From assembly GCA_025594325.1 (NCBI GenBank), contig JANHCV010000009.1, forward strand, positions 1 to 64,000: 64,000 bases of DNA, given 5' to 3'. This DNA comes from Blastocladiella emersonii ATCC 22665 (taxonomy: Eukaryota > Fungi > Blastocladiomycota). The notes beneath the pieces were generated by a model. That model was not told the DNA's origin. It saw only the letters and a list, made by a program, of their open reading frames with translations, and ran no database searches. Both the position numbers and the translations under genes were made by a program. Of this stretch, positions 57,028 through 64,000 are shown one piece after another (the stretch's first letter is position 1; each line of letters opens with the position of its first letter).

Positions 57028-58990
57028 TGTGCGGAGGTCGGCGCGGGCGGCGGAGGCGCAGCAGCACGCGGCACGCGGCACGCGGCACGCGCGCGTGCGG
57101 GTCGTGTGGTCCGCCCGATGGCCACGGCCGATGCGCGGCGCCCATCGGTGGCCGCGCGCGAAGGTCGCCCGTCGCGTCGCACGCCTCGCGCCTGGCGCCG
57201 CCTTGCGCCGCCCGTCCCTGCCAGCAACCACTTCCGACTTCCGGCCGAGCGGGCGAATGCAACGCGGACGCAGCGGCGAGACGCGACGCAGCGCAACGCT
57301 GCGTGCAAGTCGAGCGGCGGAGGAGCGTGGCAGAGAAGGGCGGCATGGCGGCGGGCCGGGTCAGGGCGAGACCCCCCGTGGCGCAGGCGTCGGCGCCTCG
57401 GACACATGGAGCGGGGCGGACCGGCCGACCGTCGCGGCGCGGCTCGTGCGTCGCCGCCGTCGGGTCGCAGGTCCACTTTCCCGCAACTCAAACGGCCCGG
57501 CCGGCCGGCCCGCGTGTCGGCGGCATCCTTGTTGATGTGGGTCGCGCACGCGCGTGTGCTCGCACGGCAGAGAGGGAATGGGAGGGAGGAGGGGCGAGCG
57601 GGGCGAGCGGGGCGAGACGAGAGGGGCGTACCTCGTCGTCCTGGGCGCCTCGCCGGGGAGGGTGCAGACACGCGCGGCGTCGGGCGAGGTTGGGCCGACC
57701 GATTGCCGGCGACACGGCGAGCGATGACGGCGGGACGGGCAGATGGGCGGCAGGGCCAATCGAGTCCGCGCCGGGAGGGGGTGGGGTGTGCACGCCGGCC
57801 GGGAGGAGGGCGTGAGGCCCGGCGGATGCACGACCGTGGTGGTAGTCGTGATCGCGCTCGTGGTCGCAGCGGGATGGAGGGCGGCCGTCGTGTCCCGTGC
57901 GAGCGAGATGAGGTCGACAGCCGTGTAGACGAGGGCGGATAGGGTTACCGGGCTGCGCGGACGCCAGAGTGTCTATGGCGTGAGCGCGCGGCCCCGGCGG
58001 ACCGTGGTGTTGGAGGAGGCCGTCCGACGGGCGGGACGACGAGCGCGGTGGTCGGGGAGCGTGGTGGGCGGCGAGCGGGAGGAGCGCGTCCGTGCGTGGT
58101 GGTGGAAGCGCGAAGCGTCGAAGCGCGAAGCGTCGAAGGCCGGGATGCCTGGCCGGGTCGCTCGGGCGGCAAACGGCCAGCACGGTGAGCGCGGCGAACA
58201 GCAGAGATGCCGCGAGTGGTCGGCGGCCCGCGACGTCGCAAGTTAGCTGAGCGAGGGGAGAGAAGAGAAAGCGGCGTCCAAGCCGCATTCCGCGGCTGCG
58301 GCCAGCCAGCGGGCACGCATGCACTCCCTCCTCTCCTCTCCCCTCCTCTCTGTCTCTCCCGCTGCACCAACCCCATTCAGCCGCAACGCGCACTTGCACA
58401 TGAATCTGTCCTGCCGCCCCCCAGAGGAGCCGCCCGCCCGCCCGCCATGGCACATGCCGCATGCCTTGCCTCGCCGCTCCCACCCTCCCGCCAGCGTCTC
58501 CCGCCAGCGTCTCCCGCCTGCTGCGAACTGCGGCCGCGTGCAAGAGCAACCGCGCGCTCCTCGTCCCGACTTCCCGATCTGATAAGCCAGGCCTCGGTTG
58601 TGGACGTCTCTCACGCGTGCGAGCGCTCGAGGACAAGCCGATGGATATGTACGAGCGAGTGCGAGACGTGGACATCGCTGTTCGAAGCTTTGTGAGAGTG
58701 TGTGCAGCAGCAGGGTGACCCGACCGCGCCGCGACCATGTTACTCTTGCGCGTGGGCGCGATGCATCGCCAGGGACGCCGCGCTACGCTCCGTCGGTATT
58801 ATATCGTGATTCGCCTCGGGATGGGGCGGGCCAACGCCGCGCGCCGTGCCGGTGACGTAACCTTGGTCGCGCGCGCTCATCCGAGTGGGATGCCCTCGAT
58901 ACCCGCGCGGCCTTTCGATTGCGACGCTGCGGTCCAAGCCGTCCCTTCGCCGGCGCCAGCGTGCGACTCGGTGCAACATTCACCTCACGC

Positions 58991-59486
58991 ATGCCGCCCG
59001 CGTCCCGCCGCATCCTCGGCATCGGCGTCGACCTGCTCGACACGCGCCGCATCGCGCGCCTGCTCGCCGACGCCTCGCCCGCGCGCAGGGACCGCTTCGC
59101 CCGCCGCATCCTGACCCCGCGCGAGCGCGCCGAGCTTGGCCCGACCGACCGGTCCGTCGGGCCCAACGACGTGGCCTTCCTCGCCCTGAGGTGCGTGCGC
59201 TTGTGAGAGCGAGAGAACGCCGTCCCTGAGCCTGACCTGCGGACATAGGTGGGCCGCCAAGGAGGCCGTGTACAAGGCGTGCTACCCGGCCGCGACGCTG
59301 ACGTGGCAGGACGTCGAGGTGCTCAAGCTGGGCGGGACGCGGAAGCCCGTCGTGCGTGTGCTGCGGCCAGCATCACTGGCCGAGGCGCTCGCGAGCGTGC
59401 ACCTGTCCGTGTCACACGACGGGCCCATGCTCGTCGCCATGGTCGTTGCCGAGGAGTGGGTCGCAGAGTCCGAGCCAGAGTCATAA
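58991..59486 (+). CDS. AcpS-type 4'-phosphopantetheinyl transferase (PPT2/PptB-like), 145 aa, join(58991..59190,59249..59486)
   Basis: ILGIGVDL...RI...RFARRILT..E, RWAAKEAVYKA (formed across a 58-nt intron) and VHLSVSHDG. Confidence 0.93.
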
Positions 59487-59694
59487 ATGTGTGTATTCAT
59501 TGCGTGCGCGAGCGCCTTGTCCGAGGGGAGGAAGAACGAGACCCGGCTGAACTTGCAGAGAAATCAGGCCGGCAGTTTGTCGCTGTCTCGCACCGCCGTG
59601 ACTCCGCGCGTACAAAAGGGACCCTCACTCCCTCCCTCAAGGACTCGCTGCAACGAACAACACACACACACACTACTCCTACGCATCAACGAAC

Positions 59695-60084
59695 ATGGCG
59701 GGCGCCGCAGCAACCAACGAATCCGACTCGGGCCTGTCGCCCGCGGCCATCGAGGCAGTCGGCTACGCGGGCGGCATCGTGCTCGCCTTCTGCCTGGTGC
59801 CGCAGATCAAGCAGGTGGTGGTGACCAAGTCGGCCGAGGACATTTCGTACTCGTGGACGGTCCTGTACCTGATCGGGCTGGCCGTCACGCTCGCGTACAT
59901 GGTGTTGGTCGGCGCCGTGGCGGGCTACGTGTCGGTGGCGCTCGAGATTGCGCTGCTGCTCGTGCTCATGGCGCTCAAGTACCACTACGATCGGCTCAAG
60001 CGGCAGCAGCGCGCGGCGCTCGGCCATGCGGGCGACGGCGGCCACGGCGACAAGCGCGAGGAGGTCGGGCTGGTCGGCGCGTGA
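59695..60084 (+). CDS. Stand-alone 3-TM SemiSWEET/PQ-loop protein, 129 aa
   Basis: GYAGGIVLAFCLVPQIKQVVVTKSAEDISYSW matches the PQ...KS..DIS signature. Three hydrophobic segments, no intron, a single PQ unit. Confidence 0.85.
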   Translation: MAGAAATNESDSGLSPAAIEAVGYAGGIVLAFCLVPQIKQVVVTKSAEDISYSWTVLYLIGLAVTLAYMVLVGAVAGYVSVALEIALLLVLMALKYHYDRLKRQQRAALGHAGDGGHGDKREEVGLVGA

Positions 60085-60153
60085 GCGCAGGACAGAAGAG
60101 AGAATGTACTTGTATATATAACCACTTGAACCAATCTTGCCGCGAGCGAGCGC

Positions 60154-60698
60154 TTAGATGACGCGGCGGTCGGCGAGCACTCGCACGATGCTGCCGACGC
60201 CGGCCACCTCGACGAGCTTCTCGTGCCAGGCGAGCAGCGAGGTGCAGTTGTAGTCGGCGGGCGAGGCCATGCCGCGAAACACGTACTTGAGCAGCAGATC
60301 GTGGTCGGCCGGCGACAGGCCCGCGACGAGCGCGGCAATGTCCGTGGACCGCGCCGAGGCCAGCACGTTGGCCACGGTCTTGGTGCTCAGGTCCTTGGCG
60401 TGCGCGAGCTCGGCATGCGACGGCGCGCCGTACGGCTGCACGCCGTCGAGGCCGCGGCGCAGCGCGCCCGCGAGGTCGCCGCTACGGTAGTCCAGCAGGG
60501 GGTCAGAGGGCGGGGGTCCGTCGGTTACGCGTTGAAAGCAGGCGCATACCGCGCGAGGAGGCCAGCCACGTCGGCGGCGCGGGCCTCGGCGTCGGCCTGG
60601 ATGGCGGCGGCGTCGACGCCGGCGGTGGCCGAGGCGAGCTCGTCAAAGTCCTCGTCGTCGAGGCCGAGCGAGTCGACGTCAAGCTTGCGGTGCGACAT
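60154..60698 (-). CDS. ARPC5: Arp2/3 complex subunit 5 (p16-Arc), 158 aa, join(60698..60550,60481..60154)
   Basis: HRKLDVD, PYG, D.LLKYVFRGMASP and LLAWHEKLVEVAGVGSIVRVLADRR. A 68-nt intron (gtatgc...cgtag), phase-compatible. Confidence 0.95.
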
Positions 60699-61307
60699 GG
60701 TGTTGATGCGTAGCAGTAGCGATTGCAGCGAGTGGGTTGCGGGCGATCGCTGGGGCGGGAGAGGGAGCGGAGGAGGAGAGCGACGCGTGGGTGGGCAGAG
60801 TGGCGCACCCGCGAGGAGAAACGAGATCGCCGCCGCGCGCGCGCGTCAGCTGCGATCCACGTGCGCCTGAGGCCCACGCGTTCGCGTTGGCGCACGCGCG
60901 CTCGGCCGTCCGCGTTGGTCGTTGGTCGTTGGTCGGCCGGTGCGCTTTTTGGACCCACCGAGCGCACGCACCCGCTTGGAATGACCGCCAGTTCAGGCAG
61001 GACGACCACCATGCATCGCTTGGGAGCCGCGCGCCGCTGTCGCGCCCGCCCGCTGGCCGGCCGGTCGGCTTGCCGTGGGGAGCGCGGCGCCGCGTGGCCG
61101 AGACACACGCACGGGACCGGCGGGAGCAGGAGCGACGCTGCGCACGGCTCGACCCTACATAAGCGCGAGACCGCCGCCGGCCGCCCCGCGCTCCCTCTTG
61201 CTCGCCCCGGTCTCTGCCCTCGCTCCCTCCCGCCGCGTCCCTGATCCGCCTCGATACCCGCCCGAGACCGCCCCGACCACCACCGCCACCACCCGCCAGC
61301 ACCCACC

Positions 61308-64000
61308 ATGGCGTCCGACCCGCGCCACTTCCCCTCGGTCGCCATGGCCAACTTGCCGCCCGCCGTGCTCAACGAGCTGTCGCAGCCCAAGACCGTCTTC
61401 GCCGCCACGTGCCCGACGGCCGCGCTCGGGTCGCCCGCCGTCATCACGGTCCAGTCGCTCGGCGCCGGCACCGCCACGACCTCGCGCAACGCGGCCGGCG
61501 ACTACGTCGTGTCCCAGGTCGCGCCCGGCGGCAGCTCCATCACGGTCGTGTGCGCCAGCCAGCTCGTCAAGGAGGTGCTCGTCCCGCCGCCCACCGCGCC
61601 TACCACCACTGCGGCGACGCCGGCGACGACCAGTGCGCGCCCCGCCATCTCGGCCACGGCCGCGCCCTCCTCGGCTCCCTCGTCGAGCCGCGCGGCCCCC
61701 GCCGTGGCCCCCGCCCCCGCCACGACCACCGGCGGCGGCGACAAGGACAAGGACAAGCGCCGCCGCGTCGTCATTGCCGACGCTGGCTCCAACCTCGGTC
61801 TTTACGCCACGCGCGCCTTCATGCGCCACGAGTCCAAGGACTACCTCGTCCACGCCCTCGTCACCGACGCGTCCACGGCCACGGCGAAGCTCATTGAGAA
61901 CGAGGGTACGCTACCGCCGCCACTACCACTGCCCCTCATCACGCGTCGTATCACTCACACTCCCACTCTCCCTGCGCAACAGGTGCCAAGCTCGTCACCT
62001 ACGACCCGCTCAACGCCGACGACGTGCGCCGCGCCATCAGCTCCACGGGCGCCCCCTCGCTCATCCTCCTCCCGCCCCAGACCAAGGACCTCGTGCTGCG
62101 CACCAACACGCTGCTCACCCAGGCTGCCTTCTCCATCAAGAACGTGGTCATGTGGTCCTCGATCGGCACCGACGACGCGGCCTCGCTGCCCGACGACGAG
62201 GACGACGGCGGCGGCGACGTCGCCTCGTCCATCTCGTCGACTATCGTGCGCTCGCCCAACGCCCTGCTCATGCTCAAGGAGGCCGAGGAGCTCGTCCTGC
62301 ACGCCGGCGGCGGCGACGACGACAAGGCCATGGAGCGCGTCGTACTGCGCCTCGGCTTCCCGCTTCAGCACTTTTTCCTGCTGCAGAACCTGATCCAGAA
62401 CCGCGGCGTGGTCCCCTTCACGTCGGCCTCGGCCAAGATGGCGCCCATCACCTACGCCGACGCGGCCCGCGCCACGGTCGCGTTGCTGCGCTCGGGCGGC
62501 GACCACGCCGCCGACGGCATCCCCGACGAGTGGCGCGGCACCGTGCGCACCCTCACGGGCACCGAGGCGTTCTCGGGCCCCATGCTCGTGACCCACGCCA
62601 ACGAGGGCCTCCCGCACCCGCTCGCCTTCGCCCAGGTCGATCTCAGTGACATCCGCGCGTTTCTCGCCCAGACCCGCGTCCCGCACTTTGTCCTGTCGCT
62701 CGCCATCGCGTGGTGGCGCCTCTTCGCCGACGCCAAGCTCGAGACGGTCGCCCCCGAGCTCGCCGACCTCCTCGGCGGCGACGACAAGGTCACGGCCGTC
62801 GGCACCTTTTTCGAGAACCACGCCGACCGCTTCATGCCGCAGCCCTCGCCCGCGCTCGTCGCTGCGGGGATGGGCGGCGGGACCGACGAGATGGACGAGG
62901 TCGCCGAGCTCGCGCCATCGACGGCATCCGTGGCGCCGACCCGTTCCGCTGCGGCATCGCCGCTGCACCGCATGGTCATCGCCGACGCGTGCCGCCCGCC
63001 CTCGGCTGGTATGGCCCAGCTGCCGAGCGTCGGGTCGATCATGTCGTCGCAGCCCTCCTTCTCCTCGCCGTCGAGCACGGCTGCCAGGGTGGTCGCCGAT
63101 GCCGACGCGGGTACGGCGCGTTGTGTCCTCGCCGACACCCGTGCCTCCGAGTCCAAGGTCGCGCCCCACGTCCTCGCCGACGCTCGCGCCTCAGACTCGA
63201 AGCTGGCGCCGCACGTCCTCGCCGACACGCGCGCGACCGAGTCCAAGCTCGCCCCGCATGTCCTCGCTGACACGCGCGCGTCCGAGTCCAAGATTGCGCC
63301 TCACGTCCTCGCCGACACCCAGGCGTCGGCCTCGAAAATGGCGCCATCCGTGCTCGCCGACGCCCGCGCCTCCGAGTCGTCGATCGCGCCGCGCGTCATG
63401 GCCGACGTGCGCGCGGCGACCTCGCCCATGTCGCCGCACGTCCTCGCCGACGCCCGCGCCTCGGACTCGAAGCTCGCCCTGTACGTGCTCGCCGACGCGC
63501 AGGCCGCGCAGGCCAAGCTGGCGCCCCACGTCATTGCCGACACCCGCGTCTCCGAGTCCAAGATCGCGCCGCTCGTCCTCGCCGACGTGCAGACCGAGCA
63601 GCGCAATATGGCGCCGCATGTCCTCGCCGACACGCGGGCATCGGGCGCGACCATGCACGCCCAAGTGGTCGCCGACTCGCGCGCCCGTTCCTCGGGCGAG
63701 ATGGCTGCCCACGTCCTCGCCGAGTCACGGCGCAGCTCGACAACGCCGCTGGCGCCGCTCGTCCTGGCCGATGTGTGCGCTGCCTCGACCCCCGCGCCTG
63801 CACCCGCGCCGGCCGCAGCCACGTCCATGACCGAGCGCGCCCTCCTCGACGCGAGCGCGACGGTGCCGTGCCCGATGGCGGCCCATGTCTTTGCCGACGC
63901 GGGCGCCTCCACCAGCAACCTGGTGCCACACGTCCTCGCCGACACGCGCACCTCGACGTGCCCCATGGCCGCGCGGGTCCTCGCTGACACGCGTTCCTCG
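61308..64000 (+). CDS. NmrA-like/atypical SDR domain protein with a C-terminal 15-aa repeat array, 3'-partial, join(61308..61905,61983..>64000)
   Basis: 77-nt intron (gtacgc...aacag). Rossmann-like RRVVIADAGSNLG...VHALVTD, NVVMWSSIG, EAEELV, VLRLGF..Q, MAPITYADAARA..ALL and TLTGTEAFS. Then APHVLADTRASESK repeats. The frame is open to the window end, so it is absent from the ORF track. Confidence 0.85.

Noticed and set aside
56451-58990. Long ORFs in the F-box/PPTase intergenic region (e.g. 56489..57535, 56719..57942, 57488..58738)
   Set aside because: Low-complexity R/A/G/P translations arising from extreme GC content and microsatellite-like runs, with no domain signal.
1-64000. tRNA, rRNA or snRNA genes
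   Set aside because: No recognisable T-loop/anticodon cloverleaf, rRNA core or snRNA signature was seen by eye. A tRNAscan-SE/Infernal run would be needed to exclude them formally.

Overview
Very GC-rich eukaryotic genomic DNA. Introns are short (57-99 nt), with GT[AG]CG[CT]-type donors, and starts often sit in a ccaccATG-like context. An HDEL-type BiP, the intron style and a cilium-associated ERICH3-like motif suggest a flagellated early-diverging fungus (Blastocladiomycota-like; inference, not proven). Roughly 1-20 kb is an accessory, transposon-rich zone. It holds midasin-like pseudogene fragments split by a decayed non-LTR retrotransposon (RT-RNase H-zinc finger), a PIF/Harbinger element with perfect 15-bp TIRs, TTA target duplication and an intact spliced transposase, a 5.6-kb unit bounded by ~570/620-bp direct repeats with no recognisable autonomous coding capacity, and an LRR pseudogene. 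From 20 to 64 kb is gene-dense: a Cid1/TUTase-family nucleotidyltransferase with a GC-AG intron, KAR2/BiP, SmB, a 5-exon gene for a ~4,708-aa repeat protein, two tandem double-CAP secreted proteins, an Egh16/GAS1-like secreted protein, a PY-motif membrane protein, an F-box protein, an AcpS-type PPTase, a stand-alone 3-TM SemiSWEET/PQ-loop protein, ARPC5, and an NmrA-like protein with a 15-aa repeat tail running off the window. The strongest novelty candidate is the giant protein at 31303-45682. It combines an ERICH3-like N-terminal motif, LC8-type QT repeats and about 70 copies of an unrecognised DPxSIALPASVAASxxLL motif. No rRNA, tRNA or CRISPR array was recognised. Most short ORFs in the track are GC-bias shadows.
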